In this document: one piece after another, positions 1-9,240 of the stretch
How positions within the stretch are numbered: position 1 is the first letter of the stretch
Layout of the letters: each line of letters starts with the position of its first letter
Virus record (IMG/VR): IMGVR_UViG_3300027769_000113
Location: 1-26,609 of that record
From: a virus
Lineage: Duplodnaviria; Caudoviricetes
Strand: one strand, 5' to 3'
Length of the DNA stretch: 26,609 nucleotides
Notes under the pieces: generated by a model
What the model was told of the DNA's origin: nothing
What the model saw: the letters and a program-made list of their open reading frames with translations, nothing else
Database searches by the model: none
Position numbers and translations under genes: made by a program

Positions 1-2
1 CC

Positions 3-521
3 GCATTCGAACCACTCATGCGAAGCTACTCCGAAGACATCGCCCGAGCGGTCGGAGTCCCGCCCGAGGCCATCATGCTCTTGACCGGATTGGCCGGCAC
101 AGAAATGCGCGGATTCATCGAGGTCGCACAGAATTTCCTCGAGCGCATCCAGCAAATGGTCATCGATCAGTTCTGTTTTCCAGCTTGGAAGTTCTGGATC
201 TGGCAAGAGATCCAAGCCGGGCGCCTCCCTTACCCTGGCGACGATTGGTGGCGAGTCGAATGGGTCACCCCTCGCAAGATCACGGTGGACAATGGCCGCG
301 ACGGTCGCCTCTACGCTGACCTCCTCGACCGTGGCCTCATGTCATGGGAGCGCTATTGCAACATCCTCGGCCTCGATGCCGAAGCAGAGGAAGACGACAT
401 CATCCAGACATTCCAACGCCGTCAGCAGAAATGCGCCGCCCTCGGCCTCGATCTCAACGCCGTATTCCCAAGCAACCTCCGCAACCAAGCAACCTTTGCA
501 GCCAGCCAATCAACACAATGA
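3..521 (+). CDS. portal protein, C-terminal part (lambda-like), 5' truncated by window edge
   Basis: Frame is open from the window edge; W-x-x-P and G-L-x-S type segments seen in lambda-family portal C-termini; lies directly before the protease with an ATGA overlap. Confidence 0.75.
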   Translation, partial: AFEPLMRSYSEDIARAVGVPPEAIMLLTGLAGTEMRGFIEVAQNFLERIQQMVIDQFCFPAWKFWIWQEIQAGRLPYPGDDWWRVEWVTPRKITVDNGRDGRLYADLLDRGLMSWERYCNILGLDAEAEEDDIIQTFQRRQQKCAALGLDLNAVFPSNLRNQATFAASQSTQ

Positions 522-1597
522 CAACCAACCCCACATTTTATGCTCTGGAAAAATCCGGCGACAACGAAAGCACGGTCACCCTTTACGACGAAATCGGTGC
601 TTTTGGCGCAGGCTCAAAGCAATTCCTCGGAGACATCGGCAAGCTCTCCGGTCAACACATCCACCTCCGTATCAATTCGCCCGGGGGTTCCGTGGTTGAA
701 GGCACCGCGATTTACAACGCTCTCCGCCGGCACAAGGGAGGGGTGACCGTTCACATCGACGCGCTCGCCGCCTCGATGGCTTCCGTCATCGCTATGGCCG
801 GCGCTCCCGTCCTCATTGCCGACAACGCACTCATGATGATCCATAATCCTTGGACCGTCAGCATGGGCGGCAGCGAAGACCTCCGCAAAGAAGCCGACCT
901 CCTCGACATGCTCAAGGTCAATCTTCGCAACGCCTACGTCCGCAAGACAGGCCTCGGAGAAACCGAGATCCAAGACATGATGGACAAAGAAACATGGCTC
1001 GACGCCGTGGATGCCGTCGCCCTCGGATTTGCCGACGCCATCGAAGAGGGAGTCGCAGCAGCAGCAACAGCCACCCCCGAAAATCTCCGTGCCAGATTTG
1101 ACAACTTCGCAAAGGGCATGAGCCAAAAAGCAGAGATCGAAGTTCCCGAAGCTGGAACCGTAGTCAGCGAGTCCATCGCCGCCGAGCCCATCCTCGAGGT
1201 CGAATCCTCCGAACCAACTCCAGCCGTAGAGGCAGAGCAACCGGTCGCCGAGGAGATCATCGTGGACGAACCACAAGCCAAGGCAAACATCGCCGATTCA
1301 ATCCTTGCGAAATACAACGAACTCTCCGCGAAGCTCGACAGCGCCCTAGCCGAATCCTCCGCTTATAAAGCGAAGTTCGACACCGTCAGCCAAGACCTCG
1401 CCCGCCTCGAGCGCAGCCTCGGCCTCTCCGCCGCCCGCGTCGTTCCCATCATTTCCAATGCAGCACCGGAAGCCCTCGACCCCGTCGCCGAGTATCTCGC
1501 CGCCGTAGAGTCCGGCGACCGCCGGGCCGCATCCGCCCTTTTTGAGAAGCACAAAGCTCTCATCTGGCAAGCCCGCCAAAAGATTTCCAAAGCATAA
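518..1597 (+). CDS. ClpP-like (S14) prohead protease with C-terminal scaffold region
   Basis: Motifs RINSPGGSV, LAASMAS (catalytic Ser), MMIHNPW and ETWL..A..GFAD; ATG 518 overlaps the portal TGA. Confidence 0.92.
   Translation: MTTNPTFYALEKSGDNESTVTLYDEIGAFGAGSKQFLGDIGKLSGQHIHLRINSPGGSVVEGTAIYNALRRHKGGVTVHIDALAASMASVIAMAGAPVLIADNALMMIHNPWTVSMGGSEDLRKEADLLDMLKVNLRNAYVRKTGLGETEIQDMMDKETWLDAVDAVALGFADAIEEGVAAAATATPENLRARFDNFAKGMSQKAEIEVPEAGTVVSESIAAEPILEVESSEPTPAVEAEQPVAEEIIVDEPQAKANIADSILAKYNELSAKLDSALAESSAYKAKFDTVSQDLARLERSLGLSAARVVPIISNAAPEALDPVAEYLAAVESGDRRAASALFEKHKALIWQARQKISKA
1098..1103 (+). promoter_or_regulatory. TTGACA element inside the protease gene
   Basis: TTTGACA followed 14 nt later by in-frame ATG 1118. 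Confidence 0.55.
1118..1597 (+). CDS. putative nested scaffold protein (internal in-frame start)
   Basis: In-frame ATG after the protease domain; acidic E/P/A-rich linker then coiled coil; same layout as lambda Nu3 within gene C. Confidence 0.55.
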   Translation: MSQKAEIEVPEAGTVVSESIAAEPILEVESSEPTPAVEAEQPVAEEIIVDEPQAKANIADSILAKYNELSAKLDSALAESSAYKAKFDTVSQDLARLERSLGLSAARVVPIISNAAPEALDPVAEYLAAVESGDRRAASALFEKHKALIWQARQKISKA

Positions 1598-1645
1598 GCC
1601 GAGGAGAAACCCAACCAACAACCCAAACACAACCACACCACTCAT

Positions 1646-2491
1646 ATGGCAAATACATTCGACTCAGCTCTGGTTGCGGATTCTATCGCCGCACAGACCA
1701 AAACCATCCTCAGCAAGCGCCTCACGGCTCTTAACCTGTTCGCGTCCGACTTCAGCTCCGACGTGAAGAAACCCAAGGACACCGTCCACGTTCCTATCGC
1801 ATCAGCGACAGCGAGCACAGAGGTCAACCCATCTGTTTTCAACAGCATCGGCGGCACGACCGTCGGCAAAGCCTCCGTCGTTCTCGATCACATCTACCAG
1901 CCCTTCGGTTTGGCATACAGCGACCTCCAAAGCGCGCACCGCTTGGACCGCCTCATCCAAATCAACTTGGACGCGATGGCAGACAAAATCTGGTCGCTCG
2001 TTACCGCTCCGATCACCATCGCCAACTTCGGCGCAGCAACTGTCACCACAGCGGCCGGCAGCATCAACGCATCGAGCGGAGACCTTCCTGAGCTCTGGGC
2101 AGCAGTATCGAAAAGCGCACGCAAAGGGCTGGTAGTAAATCCCGTGATCTACTCGAACCTCATCCCAACGAACACAACGAACATCAGCCTCAGCGAAGGC
2201 GCTTACGGCTTTGAGAATGGTGTGCATTACGCCTCCTCATTCGGCGGCCAAGCCAACCTCGCTGGTTTCGCTTGCTCACCCGAAGCGCTCGTCATGGCCT
2301 CCGCCGTGCCAGCCCTTGCTGATAACGATTACATGGTCTCCGACAGCGTGACCCTCGATCAGATCGGCCTCACCATCGCTTACAACGTGTATAGCGACAA
2401 GAGCACCCGCTCGATCATCGCTTCCTTGGAAGTGATGTTCGGTGCTGCCAAAGGCATCACAGGCGGAACGATGGCCCTTATCGTGCCATAA
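1646..2491 (+). CDS. major capsid protein
   Basis: 281 aa, follows protease/scaffold, followed by a strong terminator; DTVHVP motif is coat-protein-like. Confidence 0.8.
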   Translation: MANTFDSALVADSIAAQTKTILSKRLTALNLFASDFSSDVKKPKDTVHVPIASATASTEVNPSVFNSIGGTTVGKASVVLDHIYQPFGLAYSDLQSAHRLDRLIQINLDAMADKIWSLVTAPITIANFGAATVTTAAGSINASSGDLPELWAAVSKSARKGLVVNPVIYSNLIPTNTTNISLSEGAYGFENGVHYASSFGGQANLAGFACSPEALVMASAVPALADNDYMVSDSVTLDQIGLTIAYNVYSDKSTRSIIASLEVMFGAAKGITGGTMALIVP

Positions 2492-2521
2492 CCTTCCTCG
2501 CGCCTCACAGCGCCAACCCGC

Positions 2522-2562
2522 AAAGCCCGGCTGGAGCCTTTCCCAGCCGGGCTTTTCTTTTT
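2522..2562 (+). terminator. intrinsic terminator
   Basis: AAAGCCCGGCTGG / CCAGCCGGGCTTT stem followed by a T tract. Confidence 0.9.
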
Positions 2563-2566
2563 GACA
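2561..2566 (+). promoter_or_regulatory. TTGACA element
   Basis: Overlaps the terminator T tract; ATG 2580 follows after 13 nt. Confidence 0.6.
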
Positions 2567-2579
2567 CGTCACGTCGGGT

Positions 2580-2903
2580 ATGTCGCCCGCTGCGATCCAC
2601 GCATTCACTCTCACCGCCGCCGCGCTTCGGAACTCCGCCCTTGGCACCACGGCCACCTTCCGCAGCCAACCCCTCCGCGTCGTTCTCTCGCCCATCGCCA
2701 TCGGCCTTGATCTCGAGACCGGAGGACTTCGCCAGGGCGGAGAGTTCACTTGCCGATTTTTGGCCAAGTCCCTCGCCACCCCGCCGCGCCGTCGAGAGCA
2801 GATCCTCATCGGCGGCAAGGCCTACACGATCCAGAGCTTGAAAGAGGTCATCACCACCCCAGGCGAATACGTCGCCATGATTTCCCCCGGCTCCTCCTTA
2901 TGA
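2580..2903 (+). CDS. putative head-tail joining protein
   Basis: 107 aa beta-rich protein directly after the capsid; I-x-I-G-G-K-x-Y-x-I pattern. Confidence 0.6.
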   Translation: MSPAAIHAFTLTAAALRNSALGTTATFRSQPLRVVLSPIAIGLDLETGGLRQGGEFTCRFLAKSLATPPRRREQILIGGKAYTIQSLKEVITTPGEYVAMISPGSSL

Positions 2904-3301
2904 ACGCAGCCCTCGAACTCGCCATCCGCGATTGGCTCCTCGCCGATCCCGACCTCGCCGACATCGTGATCCTCGCCGGACAGAGCGCCGAGACCATCCC
3001 CGGGGACCAGCCCGTGGTCTTCGTTTCCTGCGAAAACACCGACACGCTCGCCCTCAAGCACTACAAGGTCCGCGCCCAGCTCATCGTCTCTACCCCCGCC
3101 GTCATCGAAGATTCACTCGCCGCGCACCAAGGCATATCCGGTGCAGTCAAAGCCTCCCTTCTCAGCATCGCGGGCCTCGTCGCCTACCTCCCCTTGGGCC
3201 TCATCCTCGCTGGTGCCGACCTCAATTCCTTCGGCGATTCCATCGGCAGCGAACGATTCACCACCACAGCGGATCTGAGCCTCGCCGTCATCGAAATTTG
3301 A
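2900..3301 (+). CDS. putative tail terminator/completion protein
   Basis: ATGA overlap with previous gene; size and position before the tail tube. Confidence 0.55.
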   Translation: MNAALELAIRDWLLADPDLADIVILAGQSAETIPGDQPVVFVSCENTDTLALKHYKVRAQLIVSTPAVIEDSLAAHQGISGAVKASLLSIAGLVAYLPLGLILAGADLNSFGDSIGSERFTTTADLSLAVIEI

Positions 3302-3303
3302 CA
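3298..3303 (+). promoter_or_regulatory. TTGACA element
   Basis: TTTGACA-N13-GAAC followed by an A/C-rich leader to ATG 3343. Confidence 0.55.
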
Positions 3304-3342
3304 CGCCGAAATTGGTGAACCTCAACCCACCAATTCAAAAAA

Positions 3343-3705
3343 ATGGCCGCAAATCTTTTCACCACCACAGCCCTCGGATCTGCCACTTACGGCACGCCAG
3401 CGATCTCAGGCCTCATTGTCACATCCTTCACCGTTAACGAATCCGCCAGCGTCACCGAGGTCAAAGATGACCAAGGATCAGTGGTCGCCATCGCCGTCGC
3501 GGAGCCGATCAAAGAAATCTCCATCGAAGGCATGCGTACAGGTTCATTCACGGCAACGGTCGGCGCGACCCTCGCCGTGGTCATGCCTGCCTCAGTGACT
3601 CTCGGTGCCACGACTATCGTCACCGGATTGGAATCCAAATTCGCCTCCGAGCAATTCGAGACCGTCTCCCTGTCCGCCAAGTCCTACGTCGCAACGATGA
3701 CTTAA
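3343..3705 (+). CDS. major tail tube protein
   Basis: 120 aa T/S/V-rich beta protein upstream of the chaperone and tape measure; followed by a stable hairpin. Confidence 0.65.
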   Translation: MAANLFTTTALGSATYGTPAISGLIVTSFTVNESASVTEVKDDQGSVVAIAVAEPIKEISIEGMRTGSFTATVGATLAVVMPASVTLGATTIVTGLESKFASEQFETVSLSAKSYVATMT

Positions 3706-3714
3706 TCCCCAGCG

Positions 3715-3743
3715 GGGTGCGGCGCCTTCATGGCGCTGCGCCC
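3715..3743 (+). other. GC-rich stem-loop (mRNA stabiliser or weak terminator)
   Basis: GGGTGCGGCGCC-TTCAT-GGCGCTGCGCCC, 12 bp with G-U pairs, no good U tract. Confidence 0.6.
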
Positions 3744-3760
3744 GGTGGTTTACGAAATAT

Positions 3761-4150
3761 ATGAAATCTGTCTTTTCCACTCGCGACATAAAATTAGCCG
3801 CGATCCTTTGCACACTCGGCTTCGAGTTTGAATCTCCCACGTCTCCCGCCTCCCGCATTCGGCGCGAAAGCGGCGAAGAGTCCACCGTCTTCCACTTCCT
3901 CTCTACCTCCCCGACCGGGCAGATCGCCGATGAGGTCATGCGCTCCTTCTCGGAAGGAGCCGAATTTGTTGCCGCCGCCCCCGAGTCGCCGCTGGCCTAC
4001 ATGCTGGCCGTCCTACGCAACCGCGATTCGCTCGTCGCCGTTATCAAATCCACCCCGCGCCAGATCGTTTTTGAGCGCAACGGAAAAATCATCTCCATCT
4101 CCGAAGACGCCACCGAAGCCGACAAAAAGCGCTTCGCCAAATTCATCTAA
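3761..4150 (+). CDS. hypothetical protein in tail operon
   Basis: Clean 129 aa ORF filling the gap, with phage-like codon usage. Confidence 0.75.
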   Translation: MKSVFSTRDIKLAAILCTLGFEFESPTSPASRIRRESGEESTVFHFLSTSPTGQIADEVMRSFSEGAEFVAAAPESPLAYMLAVLRNRDSLVAVIKSTPRQIVFERNGKIISISEDATEADKKRFAKFI

Positions 4151-4165
4151 ACCCAAACGAAAACC

Positions 4166-4573
4166 ATGAAAAAAAACACCGATACCATCGACGAACTCGA
4201 AACTGACGACGAAGCCCTCCGCGAAGCAGGCATGCGCGAAGGCACCCGCAAAGCCTCAAAGTGGAAGATGCGCCCCTGCGTGCCTGGCACTATCTCCATC
4301 ATCCGCTCGAACATGCTCGAGAAGCGCGACGAGTTTTGGTTCGTCGCCGCCTTCGCCTTCGTCCACATAGCCCCACTCGAGGACGTGCTCGCCGTGGACG
4401 CCGACCCCATCGCCTTCAACCGCGCCGTCCGCCACTGGCAACTAGACAACCTCGATTCCATCGCCGCACAGGACGAGCTCTCAGCTATTGTCGGAGCCGC
4501 ATGGAATCGCGTGAACGCCGCCGAGACCAAAGCCCAACACCAATCCCCCGGGAGCACCACCTCGGGAAAGTAG
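4166..4573 (+). CDS. tail assembly chaperone (gpG-like)
   Basis: Ends TCG GGA AAG TAG, containing the lambda G/T slippery heptamer GGGAAAG in frame. Confidence 0.8.
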   Translation: MKKNTDTIDELETDDEALREAGMREGTRKASKWKMRPCVPGTISIIRSNMLEKRDEFWFVAAFAFVHIAPLEDVLAVDADPIAFNRAVRHWQLDNLDSIAAQDELSAIVGAAWNRVNAAETKAQHQSPGSTTSGK

Positions 4574-4791
4574 CATCCCCCAACTGGCTTTCCTCATATG
4601 TCTACAGACTTGCCAGCGTCACCGGTTGGGGGTTCCACCAGATCATGTGGGAGATCCCGTATGCTGCCGGGCTGCAAATACTGGACGCCGACTCATTCGC
4701 TCGCGGCATTCCTCGCGTTTATCTGCGCGAAGATCCCACCGCGCATTTTGACTCCCTCGCCGAAATAGAAAGCGTCTTCTCGAAACTCTAA
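4564..4791 (+). CDS. -1 frameshift extension of tail chaperone (gpGT-like)
   Basis: -1 frame stays open to TAA 4791 (VASPNWLSSYVYRLASVTGWGFHQIMWEIP...). Confidence 0.8.
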   Translation, partial: GKVASPNWLSSYVYRLASVTGWGFHQIMWEIPYAAGLQILDADSFARGIPRVYLREDPTAHFDSLAEIESVFSKL

Positions 4792-4794
4792 AAA

Positions 4795-5565
4795 ATGGCC
4801 AATCCCGTCATACAAGTGGACAACGTGAAATTTCTTCGGAAAATGAAGAAATACCAGGAAATCACGGGCAAAGAGATCGGGCAGCTCGTCAATAATGCCG
4901 CCCGCCTCTGTGCCATCGAGTGCTTGAAAGCCACAGCGCCGAAAGACAAACAAGCAGGAGAGAAGCAAGTCGCAAGCGACCTCCGCAATCTCTTCACCAT
5001 CGTGAATCCGACTTGGTGGAAAGAGATCACCAAAGGCACCGCCTTCGCCTCCGGCGGCGCAGCCATACACAATCGCTCCGGCATCGTGTGGGCGACCGAC
5101 ACTCAGACTCAGGTCTCCGATATCTCCGCCGCCAAGGATTGGCACAGATCGCACAAGAACGCCGCAGGCCGCACCAACCGCCTCGGCCTTCTCAATCGCG
5201 CTCTCGTCAAGCAAGCCACCTATCGCAAGCATCTCAAAGAGACTTTAAAAAAAGTCGGCATCGCCAAGGCCGGATGGGCCATCGTCGCGGAGAAGTGCAA
5301 CGCCGACGTGCGTGAGCCCCTCAAGGGCATCCCCGCGTGGGTCAAGCGCAACATGCCCAAGGCCTCCGGCAGGGTCTCCGCTCTCACGCAAAAGGAAGGT
5401 TTTGGATTTTCCATCGACATAACGAACTCCGTCGGCTACGCCCGCGCCACCCTCGATTCCAGTGGCGAATCCTTCGCCGTCAACCTCGCTAAAAAGAAAA
5501 TGATTTCCATGATGAACCACGCCATCCGCTTTGAAAAAGCCAAACAAGCCGAGCTCCAGCAATGA
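4795..5565 (+). CDS. basic tail/neck component (HK97 gp10-like, tentative)
   Basis: K/R-rich 256 aa protein with I-x-N-S-V-G-Y-A motif; overlaps the tape measure start. Confidence 0.5.
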   Translation: MANPVIQVDNVKFLRKMKKYQEITGKEIGQLVNNAARLCAIECLKATAPKDKQAGEKQVASDLRNLFTIVNPTWWKEITKGTAFASGGAAIHNRSGIVWATDTQTQVSDISAAKDWHRSHKNAAGRTNRLGLLNRALVKQATYRKHLKETLKKVGIAKAGWAIVAEKCNADVREPLKGIPAWVKRNMPKASGRVSALTQKEGFGFSIDITNSVGYARATLDSSGESFAVNLAKKKMISMMNHAIRFEKAKQAELQQ

Positions 5566-7694
5566 GTGACATTACCGTCACACTCGGAGCCAAGGACGAA
5601 GGCCTCAGCAGCTCCCTCTCCGGTCTCCGCAACCAAGCCGACGAGACATCCAAAGGATTTGGCATGTCCTTCGGCAAGATCGCCGGTGCCGCCGCCCTCG
5701 CCGGTGCCGCAGTCAAGGTCGGCATGCTGGCCATCGAGGCCGCGACCGCAGGCGCTCGCGCCGTAGTGGATGGATTCGGGGACGCCATCGATCTCGGCGG
5801 CAAGCTCAACGACCTCTCCTCGCGCACCGGAGAGAGCGCAGGAAATCTCCTGGTGCTCCAACGCGCCTTTGAAAACACCGGCGTCGGTGCCGATAAGGTC
5901 GGCACCTCCGTCAATAAGCTGCAAAAATTCATGACCGACGCCGCCGCAGGCGGAGCCGATCAGACCGCCACCCTCAATGCCCTTGGCGTGTCGATGTCGG
6001 ATCTCGCTGGCAAGACCCCGACCGAGCAGATGGGGGTCCTCGCTGGCAAGATCGCCAGCATCTCCGACCCCGCCGAGCGCGCCCGCGCCTCGATGGAGGT
6101 CTTCGGCAAATCCGGCGGCGAGCTCCTGCCGCTCCTCAATAATTTCGGTGCCGAGATCGAAGGCGCCAAAGGTCAACTCGGCGACCTCCCCAACGTCATG
6201 GACCGCAGCGCCGGAGCTCTCGACAGCCTCGGAGACAACCTCTCTGCAATGGGCTCAAAGACGATGGAGTTTGCCGCTGGTTTTATCGAAAGCGCCCTCC
6301 CTGCCCTCAACTCATTTACCAGCGCCCTGAGTGGCGTCGATGCCGCCGGATGGGGTGCAGCCCTCATGAAGCAAGTCATGAGCGTTGCGGATTTCCTTAT
6401 TGGCGCATTCAAGGCCCCCATGCCTGCCATCGAGGCTCTTGGCCTTGCGCTAATGGCTGGCATTAAAATAACTGGAAATGCCCTTTTAAATGGCTTCATT
6501 ACGGCTTCGGAATTTCTGGGAAAATATTTAACCAGCGGCCTGCCATTTGAAGTTATAAAAACTATGGGATCGGCTATGGGTCTAGTCAACACAACATTTG
6601 CAAAAGGCCTCGTCGACGCCATTATTGGCGGAGCCAAAATGATCGAAACCGGATTTTCAACCGCAGTCAACGCGGTCGTTTCATTTTTCTCAACAGGATT
6701 TCAAAAATTTGTAAGCGGTTTTGCCGAAGATTTTAAAAATGCAATGTCCGACCCGATTGGGTTTGTGACTGGCAAATTTAAAAGCGGACTTGATGCAGTT
6801 ACTCAAGGCGGTGCAGGAAAATTTCAATCCGCTTTCGATGGTGCCTCTGGATCGGTTCTCGATAAAGTCTCCGCAGGCCTCGGAGCCGCCGCCGATGGAT
6901 ACAGGGAAAACCTCTCTACTGGCGTAAAATCGATCAACGATGGATTTAAAAAAATCACAGACTCCATCGAACCTTCTGCAAAAGATTTTTTCGGAGCTGT
7001 CCCCGCCGCATCAGAAGCATCAAAAAAATTAGGAGAAGTCACATCCATCGGCACTACCCTCCGCGAGGATTTCGAGGCATCCTCCAAAGCAGCCGAAGAC
7101 GCCAAGGGCAATACCAAAGGCGCAGCCGGGGATGCCGAGTCCGTCGCCACCTCCTTTTCCAAAGCCGAAGGCAGCGCCAAAAAAATGAAAGAGGAACTCT
7201 CCGCCTCCGCGAAGCTCCTCGAGGACGTCACCAAGGCCGAGGCGAAAAACGCCGTGGACAAAGGCGGCAAGCTCGCCAAGAAAGCCTCCGACCAGATGGC
7301 CTCCGGCGACTTCTCTGGCGCCCGCCGCACCGCCCGTCAGATCGCCAATAATGAAGCCGAGACCAATCTCCGAGGATTCGGCGCAAACAAGGACCGCCGC
7401 GCTCTCGAGGATATCGGGCGACAGGACTATGGCATAAGGAGAGATTTCGGAGAATCTCAATCCGACTTTCGCGAGCGCATTCGACTCGCCCGCGAAGAGG
7501 GCGACTATGGACAAGCTAAACCTCGGCGAATGGGCGAGGGAAAACCCAGCATAGACAAGCCCGGCCAAGACGGCACCGCCAGCGGAAAATCCGCCTCCGA
7601 CAGCAAGCCCAAATCCCTAGACTCCATAGTGCAATCGATCCTCGATCTTGTGAAAAAAATAGAACCAAAATTACCGCAAACAATAATGTCTTAA
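5562..7694 (+). CDS. tape measure protein
   Basis: 710 aa A/G/S-rich helical protein; FGKSGGELLPLL motif; downstream of the chaperone. Confidence 0.9.
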   Translation: MSDITVTLGAKDEGLSSSLSGLRNQADETSKGFGMSFGKIAGAAALAGAAVKVGMLAIEAATAGARAVVDGFGDAIDLGGKLNDLSSRTGESAGNLLVLQRAFENTGVGADKVGTSVNKLQKFMTDAAAGGADQTATLNALGVSMSDLAGKTPTEQMGVLAGKIASISDPAERARASMEVFGKSGGELLPLLNNFGAEIEGAKGQLGDLPNVMDRSAGALDSLGDNLSAMGSKTMEFAAGFIESALPALNSFTSALSGVDAAGWGAALMKQVMSVADFLIGAFKAPMPAIEALGLALMAGIKITGNALLNGFITASEFLGKYLTSGLPFEVIKTMGSAMGLVNTTFAKGLVDAIIGGAKMIETGFSTAVNAVVSFFSTGFQKFVSGFAEDFKNAMSDPIGFVTGKFKSGLDAVTQGGAGKFQSAFDGASGSVLDKVSAGLGAAADGYRENLSTGVKSINDGFKKITDSIEPSAKDFFGAVPAASEASKKLGEVTSIGTTLREDFEASSKAAEDAKGNTKGAAGDAESVATSFSKAEGSAKKMKEELSASAKLLEDVTKAEAKNAVDKGGKLAKKASDQMASGDFSGARRTARQIANNEAETNLRGFGANKDRRALEDIGRQDYGIRRDFGESQSDFRERIRLAREEGDYGQAKPRRMGEGKPSIDKPGQDGTASGKSASDSKPKSLDSIVQSILDLVKKIEPKLPQTIMS

Positions 7695-7697
7695 ATC

Positions 7698-8405
7698 ATG
7701 TCGTACATTTACCACGGCTCCGCTGGCCTTATTTTAACAGACGTTCAAAAGCAGAATTTCCCATCCGGGCTCTCACGAGTGGAGGCGACATTCCGGTGCC
7801 GATCAACGCAAGCGGACGCGCTTGCGCCATTACTCGCCGCTGGCAACCCGCTTCCGCACCTTCCGGCATACATAATTCGCAACAACCCAACTCAAGTCAC
7901 TGGTGGCGATGGGTTCACTACGTTCACATCCTCCTCATTTTCTTCGACGGGAACTGGAATTTCTGCATCCACGCCCGCCGTTTTCGGGGCGATCATTTCT
8001 CAGATAAATGTGCCATTATTCATACAATCTTTGAGCGGCTCAACTTTAAGTGTAAGCGCAGGGGTTCCTTTCACTATTATGTCGGACACGATCACGCGCA
8101 CATTTACGCTCGCGGCCAACGTATCTGTGACAACTTTGGCTCTGCCAACAGAAACATTAAAATATAAAATTGTAAGCTCAATGGAAGGACTTGATTCATT
8201 TTTAGGTGTCCGAAAGTATAACGTAAAGATCTACAACAACCAAACCGGCTCGTTTAGTTCCGTCCCATTTGACCGAAACAACATCTTTACAAAAGTCGCA
8301 ATAATAAACGTGAACCGCGCGACCTATGGCGGCGTAGACGAGGTTCAATGCACGTGGGGCTACGATTTCGCAAACGCAGGACTTGTTTTGTACGAAACAG
8401 CATGA
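7698..8405 (+). CDS. putative distal tail/tail tip protein
   Basis: Directly after the tape measure gene; beta-rich; AT-richer DNA. Confidence 0.55.
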   Translation: MSYIYHGSAGLILTDVQKQNFPSGLSRVEATFRCRSTQADALAPLLAAGNPLPHLPAYIIRNNPTQVTGGDGFTTFTSSSFSSTGTGISASTPAVFGAIISQINVPLFIQSLSGSTLSVSAGVPFTIMSDTITRTFTLAANVSVTTLALPTETLKYKIVSSMEGLDSFLGVRKYNVKIYNNQTGSFSSVPFDRNNIFTKVAIINVNRATYGGVDEVQCTWGYDFANAGLVLYETA

Positions 8406-8653
8406 ACGATTTCCCTGTCGATTTTCAAACCGTAGCAAAGGGGGGGCAACAATTAAGGCCGCTCTCGTCATCCGACCTCATGCGGAATTTTGCGTGGGCA
8501 AAATTGCAAGCAGATCCGACGCTTGTTGAGGAGGTCAGCTCAATGGGCTTTACAGCGTTCAAGCTCAAGATTCCACCCGTACCAAGCGGCGGGACGCACG
8601 TCCTCGGCGCGGTGGAAGGCGCGTTGACGTGGATCGCAACCGAGGAATGCTAA
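8402..8653 (+). CDS. small hypothetical tail-region protein
   Basis: ATGA overlap at 8402; 83 aa ending WIATEEC. Confidence 0.7.
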   Translation: MNDFPVDFQTVAKGGQQLRPLSSSDLMRNFAWAKLQADPTLVEEVSSMGFTAFKLKIPPVPSGGTHVLGAVEGALTWIATEEC

Positions 8654-8654
8654 A

Positions 8655-8717
8655 TGAAACCTGAGACCGGAAACCTGAGACTGGAAACCAGCGCGCCCTT
8701 TCAAGTTTCAAGTTTCA
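8655..8717 (+). repeat. heptamer tandem array with inverted partner units
   Basis: TGAAACC TGAGACC GGAAACC TGAGACT GGAAACC, then CCTTTCA AGTTTCA AGTTTCA. Confidence 0.85.
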
Positions 8718-8736
8718 CCCTTCCCCCTTTTCTTCC

Positions 8737-9240
8737 ATGACCCTCGGCCTCACATCCTCCGGCGCAGTAAAAATCAAAACCGACGGCGGCCTCCGCGCTG
8801 TGGAGTGTGGGTGTTGTGACCCGTGCGGAGGACTGCCCTCTAATCTTACCCTTAACAACCAACAACTATTGATTCCAACCGTGTGGGAAAGTTTTACGAC
8901 TTTTTACGGAGAGCAGTGTTGTCACATGTATCTCAGTTTGCAGGGCGGTTTTTATACTACATGGGCTGATATATTTTATTTTCCAAACGGGCAAAACTAT
9001 CCTGTCTTTGAAATGACAGGATCATATCCGTGCTACACGGGATATTTCAAAGAAGTAACAACTGTCCCCACTTTTATAGCCGCAAAAGAAGATATCGGAA
9101 GCCAATGGATAAAAACAGGAAGCACAGACCCAAGAGGGACTTATACCTATTATAAGGGGGCAAGCACTCTCCCAGGGTTTCCTTGCGACGATCCGCCTTT
9201 TATGCCAGGTGCTGGGCAATTTATCATCACAGATGCTTGA
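8737..9240 (+). CDS. Cys-containing tail-region protein with AT-rich body
   Basis: 167 aa; ECGCCDPC motif followed by an aromatic-rich, low-GC region. Confidence 0.7.
   Translation: MTLGLTSSGAVKIKTDGGLRAVECGCCDPCGGLPSNLTLNNQQLLIPTVWESFTTFYGEQCCHMYLSLQGGFYTTWADIFYFPNGQNYPVFEMTGSYPCYTGYFKEVTTVPTFIAAKEDIGSQWIKTGSTDPRGTYTYYKGASTLPGFPCDDPPFMPGAGQFIITDA

Noticed and set aside
344-517. Longer N-terminus for the protease in the ORF track
   Set aside because: Overlaps the portal with R/P-rich nonsense sequence; ATG 518 gives a clean ATGA coupling
5436-7568. Long antisense ORFs over the tape measure and other genes
   Set aside because: Expected shadows of C-rich codon bias; no recognisable motifs
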